This document shows positions 11,278-21,380 of a DNA stretch of 64,000 bases, piece after piece. The position numbers and the translations under genes were made by a program. The stretch is from an uncultured cyanobacterium. GTDB lineage: Bacteria; Cyanobacteriota; Cyanobacteriia; Cyanobacteriales; Cyanobacteriaceae. The first letter of the stretch is position 1. Each line of letters opens with the position of its first letter. The stretch is from the NCBI GenBank assembly GCA_963710605.1, contig CAVQBA010000004.1:544001-608000 (forward strand). Reading direction: 5' to 3'. The notes beneath the pieces were generated by a model, which saw only the letters and a list, made by a program, of their open reading frames with translations, did not search any database and was not told where the DNA came from.

Positions 11278-11697
11278 TTATAATTGAGTGACACTACAAG
11301 TTAAAGGACAAGAAGCATAAATTGGATTGGTATTCAATTGCTTTTTCTCTCTTAACCAACCTAACCACTTAACTTCTTTTGGGTTGACTCCCCTAACAGC
11401 TAACAATACTGAGCTAACCATAATAACCATCATGATACCGCCTCCAATTGCCGCAGAGACTAAAAGAATTGCACTAGCTGGTAACACTGATTGTAAAATT
11501 ATGGCTGACAATACACCGACTGTCATTAAAACTACGACTAATGGAAATCCGATGACGAGGAAACAGACTGTTAGAGTTAGTGTCCAGATGAAAAAACTCT
11601 TAGCCATTGATAATAAATAACTATTGGGCCAACTACCTTGATTTGATATTTGCATTATTTTTGTACTCCTTGAAGATTTTGATTTTGACAACAACAA
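11278..11697 (-). CDS. Conserved cyanobacterial membrane protein of unknown function
   Basis: Hydrophobic segments, KSFFIWTLTL.VC, WL.WL and a C-terminal YASCPLTC. Confidence 0.7.
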   Translation of the reverse strand: MLLSKSKSSRSTKIMQISNQGSWPNSYLLSMAKSFFIWTLTLTVCFLVIGFPLVVVLMTVGVLSAIILQSVLPASAILLVSAAIGGGIMMVIMVSSVLLAVRGVNPKEVKWLGWLREKKQLNTNPIYASCPLTCSVTQL

Positions 11698-12109
11698 ACG
11701 ATTTTTATAAAGTTTTCGTAAAACTTAAGCATAAACAACTAGGTTTTGTTTTGCTATATTCTCAGTATATGAAAGATTAAGTGAAAATGAGTAGTTTTGT
11801 AATATTTTTTAACAGTAATTCTCAAAAAAAACTAGAATTATTGCTGTATAAGGCTTTAAATATTTTTATCTCAGAATAGAAACTATTTTATTAATTATCT
11901 TCTTAATATTTGTTTACATAATCTTTCTTTTTTCTCAGGTTTAAGTTGTTAGATAATTAATAATTAATCCTTTTATCTATAGTAAAGAATAAGATGCTTG
12001 AGGCTAATAGATTCTCCTAGCCCCCTTAATTAAGCCAAGATATCTTAAATATAATCTTCTAAGTAACTTGTTTCTTGCTATATCTATTATCTGTTTACGG
12101 TTACTTTAG

Positions 12110-12936
12110 TTAGATTGTGGTAGGTAAGGTTTGTTGAAACTGAGTATAAAAAAGGTTTTGGTAATAGTGTAAAACCAAACCAATTAAACCTAATTGGGCG
12201 ATTGATAATTCTCGATCGATATTGGAAAATTGAGTACAAATATGATTATGAGATTCTAAAACTAAAAAAAGAGCTTGTAATTGATACACAACTGTATCAA
12301 TCTTGATTTTAGATTTATTTATTTGCTCTATTAGTAAGATTAAATTTTTAATAACTTTTGTGTGAGGATAATTACCCATGTAAAATAGATGATACTGTTT
12401 AATGTTAGGTTCAATTATTTGCCATTGATTAAGAGAAAAATCTAAATTATTAATCGTAATTATTTGTTGTTGATGAGCTGATGTTAGTAAAGAACAACAA
12501 CGAGCATGAATATAATAATCGATAAACTTAATTTGACGATCGCTGCAGCGCCTGGCCGATCGTGTTTCAATTGAAATGAGTCCTTAATTAAAACAGGATA
12601 TTGAGTCAATTTATTCAAATACTGAGCGATGAGATACTTATTTACCGAAAACTCTAGCCAACCTTCACCAGATACATTTGTGGTAAAATCTTGATTACGA
12701 TCGTCTTCGTTGTTGTATTCATTATTGAGTTGAACTGCTATTTCGTTTGCTAATTGAAGTGAAGTTTTAGAAGTTGATTTAGCTAAAGTAAAACAATAGG
12801 CAGTCTGATAAATTACCTTTTCAGGATGCTTATTCAATTTCAAATCAGGTTTTCGAGTAATTAATGTATCAGTAATATCAAGCTGTTGGATTACTAAATC
12901 TAATTTTTGACTAATTACACGATCGAGAAAAGACAT
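12110..12936 (-). pseudogene. ArgRS-like (N-terminal plus DALR anticodon-binding domain) protein, interrupted by a 20-nt insertion
   Basis: The N-part has the ArgRS N-domain (SLQLANEI...GEGWLEF). YIHARCCSLL and a QLGLI..L...LP C-terminus lie in another frame. Removing 12543-12562 restores one 269-codon frame. Confidence 0.8.
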
Positions 12937-13162
12937 AGCATCAGTTACAAAATCTTATTTTATTCTCAAAGTATTATCTGTAGCTAGACTTTAAGAAATG
13001 GGTATTAGAGGAAAAAAATATCTACCGAATCCCCCCAAACAACTGTTTACAAACCTACTCCTGAAAACTAGATGTGTAGATGGGTAGATGTAAAAATCCC
13101 CGTTACTTTAGCATCAGGAGTGTCAAAGTCTGATATTTAAGACTTAAAAAAAAATCGATCGT

Positions 13163-13306
13163 TTATCTAACTTTGCCTGTTTTGATTTGTTGTAACAAGA
13201 TATCTAATTTAGTTTGTAAACTCATGTATTTAAGCTGTTGATCTGCTTGATATGCTTTTTGTAATTGTTCTAGATTAGAAAATTGTGATTTTATTTGAGT
13301 TGTCAT
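13163..13306 (-). CDS. 47-aa small protein (not in the ORF track), probably NtcA-regulated
   Basis: Open frame ATG...TAA encoding MTTQIKSQFSNLEQLQKAYQADQQLKYMSLQTKLDILLQQIKTGKVR, with an NtcA box and -10 upstream. Confidence 0.7.
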   Translation of the reverse strand: MTTQIKSQFSNLEQLQKAYQADQQLKYMSLQTKLDILLQQIKTGKVR

Positions 13307-13354
13307 ATATAAATTATTAATTATCTTGGTTTGTTAACAAATGTTAAAGACTAT

Positions 13355-13395
13355 ATAGTAACCCAAAAATTCCTTTTGTGTGTAACTTTGACTAC
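13355..13395 (-). promoter_or_regulatory. NtcA box and -10 element
   Basis: TGTA-ACTTTGAC-TACA (GTA-N8-TAC at 13382-13395); TACTAT on the minus strand at 13360-13355, 21 nt away. Confidence 0.7.
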
Positions 13396-13500
13396 AAAAT
13401 ATCAAAAAGTTAAATTTGTTGGAAAAAATCATTAAATCCTTTTAACCAATTGAATAGGTAGAGTCAGTTTGCTCATTAGAATTAATTACAAATAATCATT

Positions 13501-14661
13501 TTAGTTATTATTAATAATGACGACAGGTTCAATATTTTGTTTCGTTTCGATCGCTACACGAATCAGTAATCCAGCCAAGACAAAACTACTCATAAACGAA
13601 CTACCACCATAACTAAGAAAAGGAAACGGTAAACCAGTAGTTGGTAACGAGCCTGTATTGACACCAATATTAAGTAAAGATTGACCAATCAGAATAATGG
13701 TTGTACCCATCGCCACTAAACGATTAACCGGATTAATACATTTAATTGAAACAATCAAACCGATCGTACTATAAGTAATCAATAATAATAGTAATAAACA
13801 AGTACCTAAAAACCCAAACTCTTCAGCAAAAATAGCAAAAATAAAATCAGTATATTGAAAAGGAAGATAAAATAACTTTTGTTGAGACATACCAAAACCC
13901 GTACCAAACTTGCCACCTGAGCCGATCGCCAACAAACTTTGAACTAATTGATAACCACTACCTCTATCATCCGCCCAAGGATTAGTAAAAGAAGTAACCC
14001 GTAGTAACTGATAAGGATTCAACGTAATACTAATTCCTGCGGTAGCAACTCCTAATAATGCCGTCATGATTAGTTGAATATAAGATATTCCTCCAGCCAA
14101 AGCCATCAACCATAATGTCATACCACAAAGAGAAGTAGTACTTAGATTAGGCTGTTTTAAAATACAACCAAGGGTAAAGGTGAAAATAGCTAACCAAGTA
14201 CCCTTAATCGACCAAGGAAGTCTTCTCCAACCCGAAAAAATTGTTGCTCCTTGCAAGATTAAAAAAGGTTTTAATAATTCTGAAGGTTGAATTTGAATTG
14301 GTCCTAATTTTAACCATCTTTGAGCACCATTGATTTCTTCACCAAAACCAATCACAGTAAGAAGAATTAAAAACAAAATAGCCAAATAAAACCAAGGTGC
14401 TACTTCAAGTACTTTTTTAATCGGTAGATTAATGACTATTTTATACAAGACTAAGCCAACAACAACCCAGACTAATTGACGTTTAAAATGATACCAACCA
14501 TCATTAGCTGATTCTAAGCCGACAGCATAAGACGCACTAAAAAGGGTAACTAAACCGATAAAAATCCATAAGAATGTTAGCCATCTTAATAATCTAGCTT
14601 CTAAAGGCCATTGATTGAAATCTGGTTCATAAAAGGGAATTATGTAACGAGCAATATTCAT
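13501..14661 (-). CDS. ftsW: Cell division SEDS protein FtsW
   Basis: GAQRWL, IQPSELLKP, QPNLST, GYQLVQSL.AIGSGG, YLP..YTDFIFA..AEEFG, LPFPFLSYGGSS. Confidence 0.92.
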   Translation of the reverse strand: MNIARYIIPFYEPDFNQWPLEARLLRWLTFLWIFIGLVTLFSASYAVGLESANDGWYHFKRQLVWVVVGLVLYKIVINLPIKKVLEVAPWFYLAILFLILLTVIGFGEEINGAQRWLKLGPIQIQPSELLKPFLILQGATIFSGWRRLPWSIKGTWLAIFTFTLGCILKQPNLSTTSLCGMTLWLMALAGGISYIQLIMTALLGVATAGISITLNPYQLLRVTSFTNPWADDRGSGYQLVQSLLAIGSGGKFGTGFGMSQQKLFYLPFQYTDFIFAIFAEEFGFLGTCLLLLLLITYSTIGLIVSIKCINPVNRLVAMGTTIILIGQSLLNIGVNTGSLPTTGLPFPFLSYGGSSFMSSFVLAGLLIRVAIETKQNIEPVVIINNN

Positions 14662-14935
14662 AATTTTAATAATAAATCACTGTTAAAAGAATAAGTACAA
14701 ACTACTATTAGTAAATGGTGAATGGAAATCAATTCTAGCGGCTAGACAATTATTCGGGGAGAATTCAAATATCCTTTGTCGTTTTTTAGGCTTTATTTTT
14801 TGTTCTTTCTTTACTCATAGTTTTGATTTGGCACTATCTAATCTTCGTCGTCTTTAGATTTTAGAGCTAAAAATCGTGACTCAGAAACTTGATTTTTTTA
14901 CCTACTAGCTATGAGCGTGATTAAGTATAGCAATT

Positions 14936-15859
14936 TTAAATATGATTGAGAGCTTTTTGTTGATTACTGATAAAGTCTTTAATATTTTGTTCAATATTCT
15001 GACAAATATTCTCTAAGGGTAAATCGTTACAATCTGTACCAAAAGGATTTTCAATTTCAATTGCGATCGCTTCTATACCATAGACAATATAACTAATTAC
15101 AGCCACAAAAGGTATTGTCCACCAATTGATTTCACCAACGTATTGAAAGGGTAAAGCCAAACAGTAAAGAAGTAATAACTGTTTGAGATGGATACTATAA
15201 GACTTGGGGATGGGTGTTTTCAAAATTCTTTCACAACCACCTACCATATTGATTAACTCGCTAATCATATTTTGTAGTTGAGCTAATTGATAAGCATTTA
15301 AATGATTCTGTTGATATTGTTTTAATAAATATTCTCCTAAATAACTAGCTACTTGTAATGGTAAATGTTGAGAATATTGTAATTTATTGTAATTAGTTGA
15401 GGATAGTAATTGACGCATTTGTTCATCTAAGCCTTCTTGTCTTAAATGATTTTTGGTAGCAAAGGCAAATACTGCTAATAAATAAAGATGACTAATTTTG
15501 TTTTGTTTTTCTTCAGGGGTATTTGCTTCGATATTCACCCACATTTGCCATGTTAGATTACGAATATTATTAACAATACTTCCCCACAATTTTCTTCCTT
15601 CCCAAAAACGATCGTTTGCCGAGTTAGTACGAAACACTAATAGTAAACCTAGCACAATCGTCGGAATTAGACTACTTAATGTGGGTTGACCTACAGGTAA
15701 ACCATAATTGTGTAAAATACAAACAAATAAAGTTAAAATAGCAAAAAACAGCGATTTCTCCCAAACATCAGCCCAAATAGAATATTTAATTGCAAAGGCT
15801 CCTCTAAACCAAGATTTTCTTCTCTTTACTAAACCCTTCATATTTGTTTTCGTCTTCAA
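14936..15859 (-). CDS. Bestrophin-family ion channel
   Basis: LLVFRTNSA.DRFWEGRKLWG, CERILKTPIP, EIENPFG.D.NDLPL. Confidence 0.93.
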   Translation of the reverse strand: MKTKTNMKGLVKRRKSWFRGAFAIKYSIWADVWEKSLFFAILTLFVCILHNYGLPVGQPTLSSLIPTIVLGLLLVFRTNSANDRFWEGRKLWGSIVNNIRNLTWQMWVNIEANTPEEKQNKISHLYLLAVFAFATKNHLRQEGLDEQMRQLLSSTNYNKLQYSQHLPLQVASYLGEYLLKQYQQNHLNAYQLAQLQNMISELINMVGGCERILKTPIPKSYSIHLKQLLLLYCLALPFQYVGEINWWTIPFVAVISYIVYGIEAIAIEIENPFGTDCNDLPLENICQNIEQNIKDFISNQQKALNHI

Positions 15860-15937
15860 TTTGATTGCAAATAATTATATTTAACCTCAAATACAAGACT
15901 ATCTCAAGATAAATTTTGACGAAGAATCAAGACTCAA

Positions 15938-16387
15938 TTAAACGATAAAGTTATTTGCTTCCCCAAAACAAGCCTGACGACTACGAGCATCATAATATAA
16001 ATCAGCTAGGGTAATTTGAAAAACTGCTTGGGTAAATTTTTGGTTTAAGCGTCGCCAAAGACTAACCGTTACCCAATCTTCGGCTGAGTTATGGTTATTG
16101 TTGTTGTTTTGAGTCGAAATAGGCTCTATTTTGTCTCCCACCGCAATTAATATATCCCCTAAAGAAATATCCTCAGGTGCTAACGCCAACTGATAGCCGC
16201 CTCTTGCACCCCTAATTGATTTGATTAAACCTGCACGCCGTAGCTTAAGTAATATTTTTTCTAAATAAGGTGCAGGTAATTGTTGACGATTAGCGATCGA
16301 ATTCACAGATACTGGCTGATGAGAAGGTTGAAGACTTAAATCTAATAATGCCTTAACTGCATAATGCCCTTTTTTAGTTAATTTCAT
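15938..16387 (-). CDS. Rrf2 family transcriptional regulator lacking the three-Cys Fe-S motif (Slr0846-like)
   Basis: MKLT.KGHYAVKALLDL, YLEKIL..LRRAGL..S.RG..GGY.LA. Confidence 0.9.
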   Translation of the reverse strand: MKLTKKGHYAVKALLDLSLQPSHQPVSVNSIANRQQLPAPYLEKILLKLRRAGLIKSIRGARGGYQLALAPEDISLGDILIAVGDKIEPISTQNNNNNHNSAEDWVTVSLWRRLNQKFTQAVFQITLADLYYDARSRQACFGEANNFIV

Positions 16388-16996
16388 GGGAGTAAAGATT
16401 ATCGAATCAGAAAACTAATCTTGATCATAATTTAAATGCTTTAGTGAAGAAAGTATTAGTATAAACAAATTAGAGTACAAAGCCTTAAAAAAATAGAATT
16501 TTAAATAAGTTCAAAGTAAGTATAAATAATAACAAAATCAATATTTTATTCACTTTTATTGTAGTATTATCAATAACTATGATAATCATAACTTATGACA
16601 TTATAATTCAAATTAATTTTGATGTATTTTAAATTACTTACAACCTATTTTTTAAGTTTAATACTGTTTGATAAACATTTAAAGTATGATACGGTCAAGC
16701 TTAAAATACAGTAGAAAATGCTTTGTATAGGTAAAAATACTGTTTTTTGAGAATACTTCAGTTAGAAAAGATTTACTATATCTTTTTTTAAGAATCTCTT
16801 GTATATACTTCATCTATTAGTTATTCCCAACTTATTGTATTATTAAGATATTAATTTAATTGAATTAATAAAAAGTTTTAGCTTAATATTTTGGTATATT
16901 ATAGTTAATGAACAAAGATAAAAAACTATTTTGTATGTATCGTCGAAATAGACTGTTTAAAAATATTTAAAATCAGATAGCACTGAATAAAAGTAA

Positions 16997-17374
16997 ATGC
17001 CCAATAATAAAAACAAAACCTTAACAGGGAAAGATTTACTCAAAAAAGTTAAAAAATTAGGTAGTGTTTCCCGTGAAGAAAAAGCGATCGAATGCGGGTA
17101 CTATAGCATAGCTGAGAATGGACAAAAAAGAGTTAGTATGGTCAAATTTCTCAATGCTTTGATTGAAGCTGAGGGAATTGATTTAGATAACGAAAACTCG
17201 TTTGAAACTAAAAAAAGAGGGCGTAGTGCTAATTATCGCATTAAAGTTCAATCTAACTGCAATCTATCGATCGGTAAAGCTTATACTGAAAAAATGGGAT
17301 TAAAACCAGGTGATGAATTTGAAGTTATTTTAGGACGTAAAAACATACATCTTAAACAAATAGAAGAAGCATAA
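16997..17374 (+). CDS. Cyanobacterial AbrB-like transcriptional regulator (cyAbrB)
   Basis: LTGKDLL.KVK, CGYY, GRSANYRI.VQSN.NL.IGKAYT..MGL.PGDEFE..LGRK.I.L. Confidence 0.92.
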   Translation: MPNNKNKTLTGKDLLKKVKKLGSVSREEKAIECGYYSIAENGQKRVSMVKFLNALIEAEGIDLDNENSFETKKRGRSANYRIKVQSNCNLSIGKAYTEKMGLKPGDEFEVILGRKNIHLKQIEEA

Positions 17375-17461
17375 ACTAATAAAATAATTTCACAGGGGAT
17401 TAACACAGATAGATAAAAAGGTAATTAATCAAAAAAATTGATTATTTAATAAACTCTATTT

Positions 17462-18424
17462 CTATTTTTGCCCCGGTAACTTACGACTAACTTTGGCTGG
17501 TATTAACACTCTATCTCCTTGGTAATAGCCTATCCAACGTACATAAACAGATTCTCCTTCAGAAATATTTTCCTCTCCACAATCATGTATATTGGGATTA
17601 TAGGTAACTTTCCGCCAAGGTTGACCGATAGTTTCTATCTGCCATTGTTGTAATAATAATTCTAATGGTTTAAGTAAAGCAATAATATTTTTTGATGGTA
17701 AATTGTGTTTTAATTCAACCATTAGTTTAGCAGTTGGGTAGCTAATTAATAAATCATTTAATAATTCGATCGATTCAGCCTGCCAATTACTTTCTAGTTG
17801 TGTCGGTAATTGTTCTAATTTATTGACTAAAGAGCGATTTTTCGCTTCTAGTTGATCAATTCTCTCTTGATAATTTGTTGTTTGTTGTTCAAAGTCTTGT
17901 TGCGAATTAAAATATTTATTTTGAGTTAATTCTAATTGATCACTAGTCAATTCCAGTTCTGATTGTAAAGCCTCAATTTGTTCACTGAAAGTTGCCGTTT
18001 GATTCTGCCATTTTTTTTGCCCTCGCTCATACTTATTTTCTTGCTCTTGTGTTTGCTGAGCGTTAGTATCTAATTCTGATTGTAAAACTTCTATTTGTCT
18101 CACTAAATCAATTATACGCAGCTCAGAAGAGCGATTATCTTGAGCTGATGAATTAGAAACTGAATCTAATTGCGTTTGTAGTTTTTCTAACTCAGATTGA
18201 GCTACATTTAAAGCATTAGTTTGAATCTCTAGCTGTTTTTCTAGTTGTTGAATACGCTTTTGATTATTTGTTGAAAAATTATTTTTTTGATCTAAGCGTG
18301 GTGTTTTTTGCTCATCTTTACTTTGCCCAGAAAAACTCGAACTATTATTTTTAAATAAAGTTAGCAATATACCACTACCCGTAAGCCACAAAAAAAAACC
18401 GAAATAAAAATTTTGCCAATCCAT
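17462..18424 (-). CDS. Membrane-anchored coiled-coil protein with a GrpE-like C-terminus
   Basis: N-terminal TM, long Q/E-rich coiled coil, C-terminal WQIETIG..W..V.YNP..H...GESVYVR.IGY......PAKVSR. Confidence 0.7.
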   Translation of the reverse strand: MDWQNFYFGFFLWLTGSGILLTLFKNNSSSFSGQSKDEQKTPRLDQKNNFSTNNQKRIQQLEKQLEIQTNALNVAQSELEKLQTQLDSVSNSSAQDNRSSELRIIDLVRQIEVLQSELDTNAQQTQEQENKYERGQKKWQNQTATFSEQIEALQSELELTSDQLELTQNKYFNSQQDFEQQTTNYQERIDQLEAKNRSLVNKLEQLPTQLESNWQAESIELLNDLLISYPTAKLMVELKHNLPSKNIIALLKPLELLLQQWQIETIGQPWRKVTYNPNIHDCGEENISEGESVYVRWIGYYQGDRVLIPAKVSRKLPGQK

Positions 18425-18620
18425 CACCAAAAAAATATTGCCACAGCAATTACTAGCTTATCTCAAATAGGAAAAACAATGACCTAATCTCGATAAGTTG
18501 AAAAATTCAAATATAAATAAAAAGCCTCCATAGAGAGGCCATTTAGAGACAAGACAGTTGATTAATTTCTTTTGTGAGTTGTTTTCTACCCTACCATTGA
18601 CTAATCAATTATCAAAAAGA

Positions 18621-19763
18621 TTAACTATTAATTGGGGTTTGACCGAAAGTTGGTGAATCAAGATTAAACTTAAAAGCGATCGCATCAATAATAGCTTTTT
18701 CTTCAGGAGTAATTACATTATCCAACTGAGCAAAATAATAACATCTAGTTAAAGTTAAAGAAGCAAAATCAGCCGATAATTGCTCTAACAAAACATCCAA
18801 AGGCTGAGGATTTTCTAGCTTAGTCGCCACAACTTTAACAGAAGAAGGAGAAACTTTTTCTAAAGTACGTAAAATCTCTTCCCATGATTGCCCATCAGGA
18901 TAACTAGCCAAAATCATATGAGCCAAAATTTCATCCATAATTCGAGATTGAGCTAATGCTGACTCCCAATACTCAGCCCGTTGTTTTTCTTGAGCAGGAG
19001 TTGTCATTTTTTCGGTAGTAATTGTCGGGCTAAAATATTTATACTTACCTTCATAAAACCTACAAGCAGTATAACCTAAAGCATAAAGAATAATAGCATT
19101 AGTTGAAGCACCAACTACCGCACCAATACCGGGGATAATTTCAATTAAACTAAATCCTGTTTTAAGTGCATCTGTACCTAAAGATATGCCAAAAATAGCT
19201 AGTACTTCCCCACGACGAGCAGGTTCACGTAAATCTAAGCCATAAACCCCTGCAATTTCGTAAACCATCTCAGATTGTAATCTAGTAGTTAAAGCCAGTT
19301 CAATGCCTAACATAGCCACCGCAACAGGAGGAATAATATTACTCACTAGTCCTACTTTTCCTGCTTCCCATGCTTTATCTAAAATTACTTGATTAGCAAG
19401 TTCTTCTGGTGTACTATCAGGATATTTAGCTCTTAATCTAGCCAATTTAGCTTCTATTTTGTCAATATCTACTTCTCCTAGTATCGACATCAACCACTGT
19501 AAGCCAAATACATTTTTGCACGTTTTAACAAGACTATTTTGACTAAAAGATTCTAAGGTTTCTCCTACTTGTGCTGTGGTACGTTCGACTGCTTTTTGAG
19601 TTTCGGCGGCAGTATTTGTCACAAATTCATCAACGAAGGCTAAAAATTCGATCGGTGTTTCTGGTATTTTTTGTTCTGCTAAAGGTTTGGTAGATGTGCT
19701 ACTAGGAGGAAGAGCTAAATTTTCTTGATTTTGATTGAAAGTGTTGCGTTGATTGTTGTCCAT
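18621..19763 (-). CDS. EcsC/DUF697-like protein with a TerB-like C-terminus
   Basis: Q.EMVYEIA.VYG.DL..PARRGE, IPGIGAVVGASTNA; C-terminal AQLD..ITPEE..IIDAIA..F; ATG at 19763 preferred. Confidence 0.7.
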   Translation of the reverse strand: MDNNQRNTFNQNQENLALPPSSTSTKPLAEQKIPETPIEFLAFVDEFVTNTAAETQKAVERTTAQVGETLESFSQNSLVKTCKNVFGLQWLMSILGEVDIDKIEAKLARLRAKYPDSTPEELANQVILDKAWEAGKVGLVSNIIPPVAVAMLGIELALTTRLQSEMVYEIAGVYGLDLREPARRGEVLAIFGISLGTDALKTGFSLIEIIPGIGAVVGASTNAIILYALGYTACRFYEGKYKYFSPTITTEKMTTPAQEKQRAEYWESALAQSRIMDEILAHMILASYPDGQSWEEILRTLEKVSPSSVKVVATKLENPQPLDVLLEQLSADFASLTLTRCYYFAQLDNVITPEEKAIIDAIAFKFNLDSPTFGQTPINS

Positions 19764-19854
19764 AATTAAAATACGGTTGATAGTTGACAGTTGACAATTG
19801 ACAATTGACAATGAATAATTAACTTCTTACTCATTACTCATTACTCATTACTCA

Positions 19855-21378
19855 TTACTCATTCTTGCTAATTGTGTTACTGGATTTTTTTCCCAGAGGC
19901 ACAGTAGCAACTGATTTATCTTTAGTAGATAATCTATCTGAAAAAATTGAGTTGTCATCATTTTCTTGGTTGATAGTTTGTTCTATTTTTTGAGTTTCGT
20001 TTAGGGTTTGAGTCGGGTCATATTTTTGAGAATTTTGCACATAATTGAGTTTGAATTCTTCTAACATTTGTGACAAAAGTGTCTGTAATTCTGATTGAGT
20101 TTCTTGATTACCTAATTCAATAGTTAATGACTTTTTAAAATTTTGAGCTAAGTTTTCAAATAATTCTCTACCTTCAATATCACTATAAGAATTGAGTAAG
20201 ATAGTATAAACTGATTTAGCTAAATATTGGGCAAGTTGTTCTGTGGCTTCTGTTGGTAATAAATCTAAACCCGGTATTTTAGGCAATCCTCGGATTAAAT
20301 CTGATTGTTGTAGTGATTCAGTTAAACTATGTCGTAAAAGTGTTTCTACATCTGGCTGTACTTCTGGTAAAACTTTATAAATAGATAATGCTAAAATTCG
20401 ATCGGTAATCGCATCTAGTTTGTTAATTTCATTAACTTGAATATAGCCTTCTGATGGTTCAAGTAAAGAACGAGCCAAAGCACCTGTTTCTACTGCTTCA
20501 ATTGCTTGATTAATTAATCTGACTAAAATAAATACCGATGTACGATCGGCTAAATAGGCGGCTGGTTCGTGGGTTATCTGAGCGATGATGCTAGTTAAAC
20601 TGATCAAACCCGATCGATGTAACTTGACAGTGACAGGAATAATTCTTAACCAACGCCAAAAAGGAAGAATCAGAAAAACTTCATACCAACGCCGCAAAAT
20701 AGTATCGCCCCAAGAAACACCTTCTTGTTTAATGGAAATAAAAAACGATCTAATTAGTAATTCTAGGGCAAAGAAAAGACTAAAAGCTAAATCGATTAAA
20801 GAGAATTGATCAATAAATTGACCATATTCATCGATTTCTCGATAGTAGTTAACTTCTAATAAAGGTTTAATTTTACGATCGAAAAAAGTAAATGCTAACT
20901 CTGGAGTAGTTTGAGATAAATAATCATTACTCCAAAATTGACTAAATGCTTGCTTAGCTGAATTTGTTTTCATTTGATATTCCATTCTGCGTTTAAGCTG
21001 AGCAAATGTACCAAATTGATTAGCTACCGCAAAAGGATTTTCAGCGAGTAAATCACTACTTTGTTGTCTTAACTGCTCTAATGTTTGCTGAGTTAAAGGA
21101 GATTCAATTCCTCCTGTGGCAATTTGCTTTTTTAAAGAATCAACTGTATTTAGGTAAGTTGTTGTCTCAGGATTAGGTTCAATATTTTTAATTGGATCGT
21201 ATAATCTAACGATACTGGGAACTTTATGTAAATAAATATCACGTAGCGGAATATAACTGAAATTAAATAGTACGAGCAATAAATTAGCGACTGCAATTAG
21301 AGCCACTATTTTCGCCCACCAATTTTGATTATTACTCAGTTGTTCGTTTTGTATTTGTTCTCCAGTATCGTATTGCAT
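19855..21378 (-). CDS. Conserved cyanobacterial membrane protein with ion-transport-like TM segments
   Basis: NLLLV.FN.SYIPLRD, RRWYE.FL.LPFWRWLR.IPV; ATG at 21378, 2 nt after the kinase stop. Confidence 0.7.
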   Translation of the reverse strand: MQYDTGEQIQNEQLSNNQNWWAKIVALIAVANLLLVLFNFSYIPLRDIYLHKVPSIVRLYDPIKNIEPNPETTTYLNTVDSLKKQIATGGIESPLTQQTLEQLRQQSSDLLAENPFAVANQFGTFAQLKRRMEYQMKTNSAKQAFSQFWSNDYLSQTTPELAFTFFDRKIKPLLEVNYYREIDEYGQFIDQFSLIDLAFSLFFALELLIRSFFISIKQEGVSWGDTILRRWYEVFLILPFWRWLRIIPVTVKLHRSGLISLTSIIAQITHEPAAYLADRTSVFILVRLINQAIEAVETGALARSLLEPSEGYIQVNEINKLDAITDRILALSIYKVLPEVQPDVETLLRHSLTESLQQSDLIRGLPKIPGLDLLPTEATEQLAQYLAKSVYTILLNSYSDIEGRELFENLAQNFKKSLTIELGNQETQSELQTLLSQMLEEFKLNYVQNSQKYDPTQTLNETQKIEQTINQENDDNSIFSDRLSTKDKSVATVPLGKKSSNTISKNE

Positions 21379-21380
21379 AT

